A stretch of 64,000 bases of DNA from Bacteroidales bacterium (GTDB lineage: Bacteria > Bacteroidota > Bacteroidia > Bacteroidales > UBA932). The DNA is taken from positions 5,539-69,538 of the forward strand of contig JAFIHK010000010.1 of the NCBI GenBank assembly GCA_017848635.1. Reading direction: 5' to 3'. The notes beneath the pieces were generated by a model that did no database searches, was not told where the DNA came from, and saw only the letters and a list, made by a program, of their open reading frames with translations. Position numbers and translations under genes: made by a program. Position 1 is the stretch's first letter. The number at the start of each line of letters is the position of its first letter. Positions 1-8,904 of the stretch are shown here, piece after piece.

Positions 1-720
1 ACCCGGCACTATGCGTCTCCGGAGTTGATAGAGAGTAAAGATCCCGATCAAAGAAGTGATATCTACTCTTTTGGAGTTATTTTAGAGGAGATATGTTCTG
101 AGATACATATGCCCGGATATTTCTCAAAACTTGCAAAAAAATGTTCCGCACACAATGTGGAGAATAGAATCAGCGAATCAGGTCAAATAAAATTATACTA
201 TGATAAATTAAAGAGAGTCGCAGAGTTTAAAAAGAGAATGCTGTGGTTCTCAATTCCAATATTGGCGGGTATATTAGTAATTGTTATCCAATTTGCCGGA
301 TCGAAAACAAAACAGAGTTCAACGCCTGCTAAATCAATAATTGACACATCTGCACAAGTAGTGGCGCTCCCCGCGATATCAAAAGGATATATTAATACCA
401 ACAGCCAAGCTTCAGAAAATAATGCCGTCAATATTAAGAGAAATCCCGATGAGTCATATTATGAGAGTTACAGAATTATTGAAACCCAGATTGATTCATT
501 TCGTAGGAGAGAAATAGAAAAAATGGGAAACGGAGAGTTCTCTTTATCCGGGTTTTCTGCTGATAGTTCCAAAATTTCAAATCAATTAAGGGGCGTGGTT
601 AAAAAAGAGTTCAGCGGCAACGAAGACTCCTGGCAGATGCACAGTTGTATAGAGTGGATAGATAAGTGCTTAAAAAAAATATCTGCCGGAATAAGAGATG
701 GCTCTTTAACCGGCAGATAG
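1..720 (+). CDS. Ser/Thr protein kinase, C-terminal part (5' end lies outside the window), with one TM helix and an extracytoplasmic tail
   Basis: The frame is open from base 1 (TRHYASPELIESKDPDQRSDIYSFGVIL), matching Hanks kinase subdomain VIII-IX motifs (APE-like, DIYSFG). A hydrophobic segment MLWFSIPILAGILVIVIQFAG follows. Confidence 0.7.
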   Translation, partial: TRHYASPELIESKDPDQRSDIYSFGVILEEICSEIHMPGYFSKLAKKCSAHNVENRISESGQIKLYYDKLKRVAEFKKRMLWFSIPILAGILVIVIQFAGSKTKQSSTPAKSIIDTSAQVVALPAISKGYINTNSQASENNAVNIKRNPDESYYESYRIIETQIDSFRRREIEKMGNGEFSLSGFSADSSKISNQLRGVVKKEFSGNEDSWQMHSCIEWIDKCLKKISAGIRDGSLTGR

Positions 721-739
721 ATGATTTAACTGATGATAT

Positions 740-2884
740 CTATTTTACAATATTCATCTCTTTGAGCAGATGGCCTGCGCCACCAAACTTGTCGATGATG
801 AAGAGTGTATAGCGGATATCTACATTTATACAGCGTTGGAGCTGCGGTTCGAATACGATATCGCCGCTCATAGCCTCCCAGTTCCCGTCAAATGCTGTTC
901 CGATAAGTTCACCTTTAGCATTAAGTACAGGGCTTCCTGAGTTACCTCCTGTGATATCGTTAGTGGTTATAAACGCTACCGGAAGTTTGCCGTTAGGCAT
1001 TGCGTACTGGCCATAATCCCTGGCTTTGTACAGCTCTTTTAGTTTGGCAGGAACAACGAATTCCCAATTGTTCGGATCTTCCTTCTCCATAACGCCGTCG
1101 AGAGTAGTTACATAATCATAAACAACTGCATCTTTTGGAGAGTAACTCTTAACCTGGCCGTAGGTCATACGCATTGTAGAGTTTGCATCGGGGTACATAT
1201 CCTTACCCTGTTTCATCTCGATAAGTCCGGCGATGTATGCCTTTTGACCTTCATTAAAGAGGGCATTGCTATGCATGATTTTTCTTTGAATAGGCAGTGC
1301 AACAGGAGCAAATGTTTTGAATAGCTGGAATGCAGGGTCTGTCAGAATCTGCTCAGGAGAGCTCTGAAGAGTTGCCTGAATTTTCGCATAGTCGCAGAAT
1401 ATCGATTTCTCGAAAAGATCGTTGACATAATTCTCGATGCTCCCGCCGAACTGAGTATCGATTGTATTGTATACAGCCGGCAGATTCTCTTTTTTCACCT
1501 TCTCTTTGTAAACTTTTAGCATTGCAATGGCAACCTTTTTGTCGGTAGGAGCATTGTAGTTTACAAAGAAATTCCTGACTCTTCCGTCGAGTTGCTGAGC
1601 CAGTTTGATAGCCTCCTCCTTATTCCCTTTCTCAAGAGAAGCTGCAACATCTTTGTATTGAGCGGCTATTGAAGAGATCTCAATATTAGCAAGAGTCTCA
1701 TTAAGATACAGGTATGTATATTGAGGATCCTTTCTCATTTCGACAGCCTTCTTGATCTGCTCAAGTGCCTTTCCATATTTTTCAACTCTTGCTGGGTCTG
1801 CGTTCACCCATTCTGTGAATGCTTTCTCCTCCTCGATTCTTCTCTCTTTTACCTTTAACCTTGCAACAGCCTGGTTCATCCCGATTGAGTTTTTCCAGTA
1901 GTTTGAAGAACTTGCAAATTTACTTGAATACTGAAGTCTAACCTTTGGATCGGCAAGCATATCCTCCTGGAGAACATCCTGTCTTACACCTCTTGCGTGA
2001 ATTCTTACTGCGTTAAGAACATCTGTTCTCTCTTCGAGTTCGAAAGATGTCATATAGCGGTAGGTTCTGCCTGGATATCCGATAACCATTGAGAAGTCAT
2101 TTGGCTGGATGCCTTTTAGAGAGATGGTTAGAGACTTCTTTGGTTTGTATGGAACATTATCCTTTGAATATGGAGCAGGATTGTTGTCCTTATCGGCATA
2201 TACGCGGAAGATCGAGAAGTCTCCGGTGTGACGTGGCCATACCCAGTTGTCGGTATCATAGCCGAACTTACCGATTGATGAAGGGGGTGCTCCTACAAAA
2301 CGAACATCGCTGAAAGTTTTGGTTACTATAAGGTAATATGAATTACCGCTGAAGAACGATGAGACTTTTGCCTCAAGATATTTCTTTCCCTCAACGGCCT
2401 TTGTCTCAAGTTCAGATGTGATTTTTCGCAGAGCCTCCATTCTTTCGCCCGGAGTCTTTGCAGCTGCAGTTGCGTTATTTATCTGCGCTGTAACATCTGT
2501 AAAACTCTCCAGAAATGTAACTGTTAAACCTGCAGGGAGCTCCTGCTCGCGATTCATAGCCCAGTATCCATCCTGCAGATAGTCGTGCTCTACGGTACTG
2601 AGTTTCTGAATTGCTCCGTAACCGCAGTGGTGATTGGTAAGAACGAGCCCTTCGTTAGATATAATCTCGGCAGTACACCCGCCACCAAAATGAACAACGG
2701 CATCTTTTAGGCTTGAGTTGTTAATATCGTAAATATCTTTCGCAGTGAGCTTAAAGCCAAGCTCCTTCATCTTCTTGCTATTGAGCTTTTCAATCAGTGG
2801 CAACAGCCACATTCCCTCGTCGGCCAAAACCGGAGTCACCGAAAGTGTGAAGCTTAAAAGCAGTAATAAACTGATTTTTTTCAT
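740..2884 (-). CDS. S46 family dipeptidyl-peptidase, DPP7-type
   Basis: Signal peptide followed by the DEGMWL N-terminus typical of S46. His motif LTNHHCG and Ser motif GGNSGSPV are present. The residue 18 positions after the catalytic Ser is Gly (AFDGNWE), as in DPP7, rather than the Arg of DPP11. Confidence 0.88.
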   Translation of the reverse strand: MKKISLLLLLSFTLSVTPVLADEGMWLLPLIEKLNSKKMKELGFKLTAKDIYDINNSSLKDAVVHFGGGCTAEIISNEGLVLTNHHCGYGAIQKLSTVEHDYLQDGYWAMNREQELPAGLTVTFLESFTDVTAQINNATAAAKTPGERMEALRKITSELETKAVEGKKYLEAKVSSFFSGNSYYLIVTKTFSDVRFVGAPPSSIGKFGYDTDNWVWPRHTGDFSIFRVYADKDNNPAPYSKDNVPYKPKKSLTISLKGIQPNDFSMVIGYPGRTYRYMTSFELEERTDVLNAVRIHARGVRQDVLQEDMLADPKVRLQYSSKFASSSNYWKNSIGMNQAVARLKVKERRIEEEKAFTEWVNADPARVEKYGKALEQIKKAVEMRKDPQYTYLYLNETLANIEISSIAAQYKDVAASLEKGNKEEAIKLAQQLDGRVRNFFVNYNAPTDKKVAIAMLKVYKEKVKKENLPAVYNTIDTQFGGSIENYVNDLFEKSIFCDYAKIQATLQSSPEQILTDPAFQLFKTFAPVALPIQRKIMHSNALFNEGQKAYIAGLIEMKQGKDMYPDANSTMRMTYGQVKSYSPKDAVVYDYVTTLDGVMEKEDPNNWEFVVPAKLKELYKARDYGQYAMPNGKLPVAFITTNDITGGNSGSPVLNAKGELIGTAFDGNWEAMSGDIVFEPQLQRCINVDIRYTLFIIDKFGGAGHLLKEMNIVK

Positions 2885-2953
2885 AAAAGTGAATTGATGT
2901 ATTAATGTAAATTGTGTATTTTTAACAAAAATAGTAAAAAAGGGCTCTTTTTA

Positions 2954-4144
2954 ATGAAAATTGTAATTGCCTGTGACAAATTCAAGGGGAGTCTCACTTC
3001 ATCCGAGGCAAATGAGTCAATTAGCTGCGGATTTTTCGATTATTTTGAGAGAGAAAAAGTGTCTCCATTTGTAAAGAGGCCCGAGATATCATCTCTTATT
3101 ATGGCCGACGGAGGAGAAGGCACTCTGGAGATTTTCGCCGCAAATAAAAAACCGGGTGGAGGGGAGGTTGAAGAGATAATTCTGTCGGTAAAGGATCCGC
3201 TTTTGAGAGATATCAGTGCAAAATATCTTATGTGCGGGAGAAGAGCATATATTGAGATGGCGAAAGCATCGGGACTTGCCCTGCTGAACCCTTCGGAGTA
3301 TGACCCACTGCGGGCCTCAACTTACGGATTTGGGCAGATGATTGCCGATGCCATTGAGCGTGGTGCAGAGGAGATAGTGTGTGGAATAGGGGGGAGCGCT
3401 ACGAATGACGGCGGGGCGGGAATGCTTGCAGCGTTGGGGTTTGAGCTTGTTGGACGGAGTGGCTTCTCTGTCGAGCCCGGGGGTGTCGGATTGCTGGATC
3501 TGATTGAAATTCGATGTAGCCCCGCCTCCCGGAGTCTTGCCTCGATAAAGTTTATTACTGCTTGCGATGTTAATAATCCTCTCCTAGGTGCCGAAGGGGC
3601 AACCAGAGTCTATTCTGCACAAAAGGGTGCCGGAGAGCGCGAAATGGCCATTCTGGAGAGAGCTCTGGAGAACTTCTCCGGAGTTGTATGCGAGTTTGCC
3701 GGAGAGGATTTTAGAGGCCATCCCGGAGCAGGGGCTGCCGGAGGAACGGGGTTTGCGATGTTGTCGCTTTTGGGAGCTGAGCTGAGGCCAGGATGGCAGG
3801 TTATGGCTGAGGCGGCCGGCCTGGAGGAGCGAACATCCTCCTGCGATCTTGTGGTTACCGGGGAGGGGTCGCTCGACAAGCAGAGCCTGCACGGCAAGGT
3901 TGCAAGCGGGGTGGCAGATACCGCCGGCCGCCACAACAAACCCCTCTGGATCTTCTGTGGAGTAAACAGACTTGCCCCCGAAGAGGCAGAGTTGTTGGGG
4001 AAAAGTGTTAAAGTCTTCTCTCTTGAAGAAATCGCACCTGATCCTCAAACCTCTCTCAAAGAGGCTAAAGGACTTTTAAGAAAAATATCTGCACAAGCTG
4101 CAACTTTTTTAAAAGAGATTGAGTCTAACCTGCAAAACCAATAA
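2954..4144 (+). CDS. glycerate kinase
   Basis: The N-terminus MKIVIACDKFKGSLTSSEA, the GIGGSATNDGGAGMLAALG motif and the VVTGEGSLDKQSLHGK motif are typical of the GlxK/GarK family. I prefer the ATG at 2954 over the TTG at 2912 given in the ORF track. Confidence 0.9.
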   Translation: MKIVIACDKFKGSLTSSEANESISCGFFDYFEREKVSPFVKRPEISSLIMADGGEGTLEIFAANKKPGGGEVEEIILSVKDPLLRDISAKYLMCGRRAYIEMAKASGLALLNPSEYDPLRASTYGFGQMIADAIERGAEEIVCGIGGSATNDGGAGMLAALGFELVGRSGFSVEPGGVGLLDLIEIRCSPASRSLASIKFITACDVNNPLLGAEGATRVYSAQKGAGEREMAILERALENFSGVVCEFAGEDFRGHPGAGAAGGTGFAMLSLLGAELRPGWQVMAEAAGLEERTSSCDLVVTGEGSLDKQSLHGKVASGVADTAGRHNKPLWIFCGVNRLAPEEAELLGKSVKVFSLEEIAPDPQTSLKEAKGLLRKISAQAATFLKEIESNLQNQ

Positions 4145-4155
4145 ATTAAAGAGTT

Positions 4156-4521
4156 ATGGAAGAGACAATCGGAATGGTCGCAGTTATTCTGCCATTCGTT
4201 ACAGCGGTTATAATCCTGCTGATAATATTTGTAACAAAAGTTATGAGAGACCGCTCAAGGAACCAGGTTATAATGAAAGCTATTGAAGCAGGGAAGGAGA
4301 TATCTCCCGATATGTTCACTACTCCCGAAACAGAAAAGAAGAGCGATCCTCTAACATCGGCACTTGTCTCAATTGGAGTAGGTGTGGGAATGTTCGGAGC
4401 ATTCTACTTCTTTTTCGGAGGTCTTAAATTTGCAGCCTTCGGCTTAATCCCGTTCTTCATTGGAGTTGGACAGCTGGTTGCATACTTTGTGAATAAAAAC
4501 AGAAAGGATACACAATTGTAA
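4156..4521 (+). CDS. small integral membrane protein, first gene of an ECF sigma operon
   Basis: Two or three hydrophobic helices. It ends 1 nt before the sigma factor gene, which suggests translational coupling. Confidence 0.55.
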   Translation: MEETIGMVAVILPFVTAVIILLIIFVTKVMRDRSRNQVIMKAIEAGKEISPDMFTTPETEKKSDPLTSALVSIGVGVGMFGAFYFFFGGLKFAAFGLIPFFIGVGQLVAYFVNKNRKDTQL

Positions 4522-4522
4522 A

Positions 4523-5026
4523 GTGGCAAAGCCGGGCTTTGAACAACTTGTGAAAGAGAATCAGGAGCCGCTCAGGCGGTTCCTGTTGAATCTTTGCGGA
4601 GGGGACTCCTCCCTTAGCGACGACATTGCTCAGGAGGCGTTTCTTAAAGCATATCTGAACTTTTCATCGTTTAAGGGCGATGCAAAATTCTCAACATGGC
4701 TCTTCCGTATAGCTTGCAACTCATTTTATGACCACCTGAGAAAGAGGCAACTACCGGTTGAGGAGATGTCCCGTCCTGGAGTTATATACTCAGCCTCCTC
4801 AGAGCAGATTCACTCTCCAGGGCTCAGGAATCAGGAGCTCTATCTGGCCCTTAGCCAGTTAAAGATAGAGGAGAAAACAGCTATACTGCTCTTTTATATG
4901 GAGGATAGAACTCTTAAAGAGATTTCAAAAATTACCGAAATGCCCGAAAATACGGTAAAGTCACACCTCTTCAGGGCTAAATCAAAAATGTCGGACTATT
5001 TAAAAAGAATTGGATATGAACGATGA
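4523..5026 (+). CDS. ECF-type RNA polymerase sigma-70 factor
   Basis: Region 2 (DIAQEAFLKAY, FSTWLFRIACNSFYDHLRK) and a region 4 HTH (LKEISKITEMPENTVKSHLFRAK). GTG start. Confidence 0.85.
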   Translation: MAKPGFEQLVKENQEPLRRFLLNLCGGDSSLSDDIAQEAFLKAYLNFSSFKGDAKFSTWLFRIACNSFYDHLRKRQLPVEEMSRPGVIYSASSEQIHSPGLRNQELYLALSQLKIEEKTAILLFYMEDRTLKEISKITEMPENTVKSHLFRAKSKMSDYLKRIGYER

Positions 5027-5351
5027 GCAGATAAAGAAATTTTTCGGGGAGCATAAAGAGTCAATAGAGGACAGGGGTTTCGAAGCAAGGCTTTTGGAGA
5101 CAGTTAAATATCTGCCCAAACCAAAGAGAGCGGGGAGTTTTTCTCTTCGCGACAGAATCGTTGCAATATCAGCAATGACGGGGGTTCTCCTCTTTGTTCT
5201 ATTCGGAGGGGCCGATGCGTTAGTTTCGGGAATATTTACAACTCTATCTGCCGTAACTATAAAGCAGTTGTTCTCTCCCGAAATAATTGCGACGGCACTT
5301 TTCCTCTTTGTTCTTCTTTTCGGAATCGGACGCGCAGCATATAGCGATTAA
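5010..5351 (+). CDS. putative membrane-anchored anti-sigma factor
   Basis: Overlaps the 3' end of the sigma gene by 17 nt. Short cytoplasmic N-terminus followed by two TM segments. No recognisable catalytic motif. Confidence 0.45.
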   Translation: MDMNDEQIKKFFGEHKESIEDRGFEARLLETVKYLPKPKRAGSFSLRDRIVAISAMTGVLLFVLFGGADALVSGIFTTLSAVTIKQLFSPEIIATALFLFVLLFGIGRAAYSD

Positions 5352-5411
5352 AATTCTCTCCAATTATTAAAAAATTAAGGATTTAGAAAGGATTTTGATT
5401 TTTATAAGAAT

Positions 5412-5419
5412 TAATTTTG
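5412..5419 (+). promoter_or_regulatory. candidate Bacteroidota -7 promoter box (TAatTTTG)
   Basis: Matches the TAnnTTTG consensus 33 nt upstream of the ATG at 5452. Confidence 0.3.
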
Positions 5420-5451
5420 TATATCTATACATGCTAAAACTTATTTTTTAT

Positions 5452-7092
5452 ATGAAAAGATTTCTTGTTCTTATTTTAATAATTACTTCTTGTCAGAAAG
5501 TCGATGACGAAATGACTGAAGCAAATGACAGAAAAAATATTGCGGAAATTTCAAAGGCAATGAACTGGTTTCAGGCAAATGTTATTAAAAATCAGGTATC
5601 TAATGATCCTCAGGTAAAGAGTAATGGCATTTATAGTGAATGGGACCCTGTCTGGGAAGATGCCATTACAGATGAAAACAGTTACTATAAGGTTGTTGAG
5701 GTACCTCTGAAATTTTTGAAGCAGCGCGTATTTCTGATGAAGGAGTGTGAAAATAAATATCTGTCAAGTAATGATACCAGATACTTATATAATAATCAGA
5801 AGCTAGTTATTCAGACAAACAAAAGAACAGGAGAGATGTATGGCTTCTTCATGTCATTTGTTCCTTCTTTGAAATATATTGAGAGTAATACAAATGAGAA
5901 TAATTATCTAGATAAAAAAGACTTTGACGGATATCTTTTATTTACTAATTTCTCAGGTGATTTGATTAATGGCTGGAAATATAAGGATGGAAAAATTGCA
6001 AATAAACTGAAACCTATACTTAAGAAAAATACAGCAAATACAAAATCCAGTGAATATTATGTTTGTCAAACAACATATGATATCTATTATATTGTCTGGA
6101 GGAATAATAAAAACAATGATATTTCGATTCAAATCACAGGTATCGAGGAGAGTACGGTGTGCTTTGAACTTATGGATGCTTTGGAGAACAATGATGGAGG
6201 AGGTGGTTCTGGAGGTGAGCCCGGTTATGTTAATGAGATTTACACAGTTTCAGTTAATCAAAATGGAGGAGGAATAGTTGATGGGTCTGGTAATTATTTA
6301 GTTAATAGTACTGTGACAATAACAGCAACCCCTTCAAGCGGGTTTGTTTTTGGAGGTTGGATCGATAATACCTACCCAACAAAAGAGTTTATTTGTCACA
6401 GTAAAGCATATTCGTTTCAGATTAAGGATAATAGATCGTTCATAGCCTTTTTCTACTCTGATACATCGGCCTGTGCAAAGCTTGCCAAAGTAATTAATGA
6501 TGACTCTCTAAGTAATTATATAAGCAGATTGCGATCAAAAATGAAATATAGTAATTCTGTAGAGTATGGAGATTTAAGAAGAATAGACGGAAGCCTGTAT
6601 CCAAAAAACGGCCAGGAACATAGTTCTTCATTTGTTTTAGAAAATGGTGTAAAATACACTGAATCACATCACACGCACCCAAGTGGCTGCAATGTCCCAA
6701 GCGGAAAGGATATCATCGCTTTAAAAAAATTATATATGAAAGGGGCAATGTATAACGTAAATGATTTTAAATATGGCATAATTACCGATTCATCAGGAGC
6801 GTGTATTATCCAGATTGAAAATGAGTCTTTGTTCAGTAATTATATTCAGAAAAACATGGTAGATGAAGATTCTTATAATGATAATTATTTAGCATACATA
6901 ATAAATGGCGAAGAAGGAGGAGATGGAACAAAGGGAGTAATATTTAGAATTTTAAATAAATTGGAGGGGTCTGGATTAAAAATTATATCATCAACGATGT
7001 TTAACAATAATGATGATAAAAGAATAGAGCAGTGGAACGAATTAACATTAGATAACAATCAGCTGTATTATAAAAACTGTATAAATTTATGA
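5452..7092 (+). CDS. exported lipoprotein with a Gly-rich linker, a Listeria-Bacteroides (InlB B-type) repeat and a C-terminal JAB/MPN+ (JAMM) metallopeptidase-like domain
   Basis: Lipobox MKRFLVLILIITSC at the ATG at 5452. NDGGGGSGGEPG linker. YTVSVNQNGGGIVDGSGNYLVNSTVTITATPSSGFVFGGWID repeat. A complete H-x-H-x7-S-x2-D motif (HTHPSGCNVPSGKD) lies downstream of a Glu (VEYGD). Confidence 0.75.
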   Translation: MKRFLVLILIITSCQKVDDEMTEANDRKNIAEISKAMNWFQANVIKNQVSNDPQVKSNGIYSEWDPVWEDAITDENSYYKVVEVPLKFLKQRVFLMKECENKYLSSNDTRYLYNNQKLVIQTNKRTGEMYGFFMSFVPSLKYIESNTNENNYLDKKDFDGYLLFTNFSGDLINGWKYKDGKIANKLKPILKKNTANTKSSEYYVCQTTYDIYYIVWRNNKNNDISIQITGIEESTVCFELMDALENNDGGGGSGGEPGYVNEIYTVSVNQNGGGIVDGSGNYLVNSTVTITATPSSGFVFGGWIDNTYPTKEFICHSKAYSFQIKDNRSFIAFFYSDTSACAKLAKVINDDSLSNYISRLRSKMKYSNSVEYGDLRRIDGSLYPKNGQEHSSSFVLENGVKYTESHHTHPSGCNVPSGKDIIALKKLYMKGAMYNVNDFKYGIITDSSGACIIQIENESLFSNYIQKNMVDEDSYNDNYLAYIINGEEGGDGTKGVIFRILNKLEGSGLKIISSTMFNNNDDKRIEQWNELTLDNNQLYYKNCINL

Positions 7093-7631
7093 AAAGATTG
7101 ATTTTTGTGCTATCTCTGATATTAGTGTCATCGGGGATACAATCGCAAGGCTATACAGCCAATCTTGACTTCTTTGTAGGGACATGGAAGTATATAAATG
7201 AAGCAACAAACGAAGAGTTTACTCTTAAACTTAGAAAATCGGCATATATAAATCCGTTAGACAAATACCAAGACGAAAAGGCATGTCTTGTAGGTGCATA
7301 CATCTATATATTGAATGGAGATATAATTACAGATACAATGAATGAGTTTGGATCCGATAAATATGCACTTAAAATGCCCATTATGGCAACAAATTTTGTC
7401 CGTAATATTTCCAAGCTTGATTCTCAGAAATTGCGACTAACATTTAATGATCGCAAATACAACAAGAATACTCTAAGCAGCTCTCTGGAAATTGTCTCCA
7501 CCTCTCCTGCAAAGATCCGCTGGACATTGACTGAGGATGAAGGAGAGGAGGTCTATTCACCCGGTGAGACGATCAAGCCAAATGGATTTTCAGTTCCTGT
7601 AAATATGGTTCTCACAAAAGTTTCAGAGTAG
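7089..7631 (+). CDS. secreted small protein, paralogue 1 of 4 (lipocalin-like GTW motif)
   Basis: SPase I signal peptide (VSSGIQS/QG). Conserved DFFVGTWKYINE N-terminus and SPAKI.W.LTEDEGEEVYSPGETIKP.GFSVPVNM.LTKVSE C-terminus. The start overlaps the upstream stop (ATGA). Confidence 0.75.
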   Translation: MKRLIFVLSLILVSSGIQSQGYTANLDFFVGTWKYINEATNEEFTLKLRKSAYINPLDKYQDEKACLVGAYIYILNGDIITDTMNEFGSDKYALKMPIMATNFVRNISKLDSQKLRLTFNDRKYNKNTLSSSLEIVSTSPAKIRWTLTEDEGEEVYSPGETIKPNGFSVPVNMVLTKVSE

Positions 7632-7681
7632 AACCGTGAGGTAGAAACTACATTTGAACATTTGCATAGATTTATGAGAAA

Positions 7682-8224
7682 ATGAGAAAAATAGTATTTA
7701 TTCTATTCCTGATGCTGCTCTCATCGGAGATACGATCGCAGGGCTATACAGCCAATCTGGATTTTTTCGTCGGAACCTGGATATACACAAATGAAGTTAC
7801 CAATGAAGAGTTTACACTTAAACTTAGAAAATCGGTATATATAAATCCGTTAGATAAATACCAGGACGAAGAAGCTTGTCTTGTAGGAGTGTACACCTAC
7901 AAAGTGAATGGAATAATAGTTACAAATACAATGGATGAATTTGGATCCGATATACATGCGCTTAAAATGCCTGTTATAGCAACAAATTTTGTGCGAGATA
8001 TTTCCAAGCTTAATTCTCAGAAATTGTGGCTTATGTTTAACGATCGTAAATATAATAAATATACACTGAGTAGTTCTCTGGAGATTGTATCCGTCTCTCC
8101 AGCCAAGATTCATTGGGTATTGACCGAAGATGAGGGGGAGGAGGTATATTCGCCTGGAGAGACGATAAAACCGTCGGGATTTTCGGTGCCGGTCAATATG
8201 ATTTTAACGAAAGTTTCAGAATAG
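7682..8224 (+). CDS. secreted small protein, paralogue 2 of 4
   Basis: Same length and architecture as paralogue 1. Conserved ends with a divergent centre. Confidence 0.75.
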   Translation: MRKIVFILFLMLLSSEIRSQGYTANLDFFVGTWIYTNEVTNEEFTLKLRKSVYINPLDKYQDEEACLVGVYTYKVNGIIVTNTMDEFGSDIHALKMPVIATNFVRDISKLNSQKLWLMFNDRKYNKYTLSSSLEIVSVSPAKIHWVLTEDEGEEVYSPGETIKPSGFSVPVNMILTKVSE

Positions 8225-8306
8225 AAAGGAAGCTGGAAATTATCTTTTGTGCCTTGGTGTATGGTCTGCCGGATTTCGTTAAGTAAATTAATAGTTGTAA
8301 GAATTT

Positions 8307-8822
8307 ATGAAAAAAATGATTATCATATTATCTCTGATTTTAGTGTCATCAGGGATAAAATCACAGGGCTATACAACAAATCTTGACTTCTTTGCCGGGA
8401 CTTGGCAGTATATAAATGAAACAACTAACGAAGAGTTTACTCTAATACTTAAGAAATCAGTATATATAAATGAAGAAGAAATTGCATGTCTAGTAGGGGT
8501 ATACACCTATAAGGTTAATGGAGCTGTAGTTACAGATACAATGGATGAGTTTGTGTTAAATAAATATGCACTGAAAATGCCAGTAATTATTCGAGAAATG
8601 GCGATATCGGATTCTAATAAATTCAGGTTAATGATAAATGATCGTAAATTTAATAAGTTTACAGTCGGGAGCGTAATTGAAATTGTATCCACCTCTCCTG
8701 CAAAGATCCACTGGACATTGACCGAAGATGAGGGGGAGGAGGTATATTCGCCTGGAGAGACGATAAAACCGTCGGGATTTTCGGTGCCGGTCAATATGAT
8801 TTTAACGAAAGTTTCAGAATAG
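8307..8822 (+). CDS. secreted small protein, paralogue 3 of 4 (shorter, internal deletions)
   Basis: Lacks the PLDKYQDE segment of paralogues 1 and 2. Its last ~105 nt are identical to those of paralogue 2. Confidence 0.75.
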   Translation: MKKMIIILSLILVSSGIKSQGYTTNLDFFAGTWQYINETTNEEFTLILKKSVYINEEEIACLVGVYTYKVNGAVVTDTMDEFVLNKYALKMPVIIREMAISDSNKFRLMINDRKFNKFTVGSVIEIVSTSPAKIHWTLTEDEGEEVYSPGETIKPSGFSVPVNMILTKVSE

Positions 8823-8904
8823 AAAGGAAGCTGGAAATTATCTTTTGTGCTTTGGTGCATGGTCTGCCGGATTTCGTTAAGTAAATTAATAGTTGTATGA
8901 ATTT

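Noticed and set aside
2912-2953. Upstream alternative starts (TTG or GTG) proposed by the ORF track for several genes. The starts are at 2912, 5395, 8893, 21989, 27712, 43617, 45289, 50154 and 62108.
   Set aside because: In each case an in-frame ATG slightly downstream gives a canonical N-terminus (signal peptide, lipobox or conserved family start). For 8893 versus 8905, the exact 598-nt repeat register supports the downstream ATG.
3584-4048. Long antisense and alternative-frame ORFs (154, 109 and 65 aa) inside the glycerate kinase gene.
   Set aside because: This is the most GC-rich stretch in the window, where stop codons are rare in all frames. The translations are Pro/Arg/Ser-rich with no motifs, and the sense frame gives a clear glycerate kinase.
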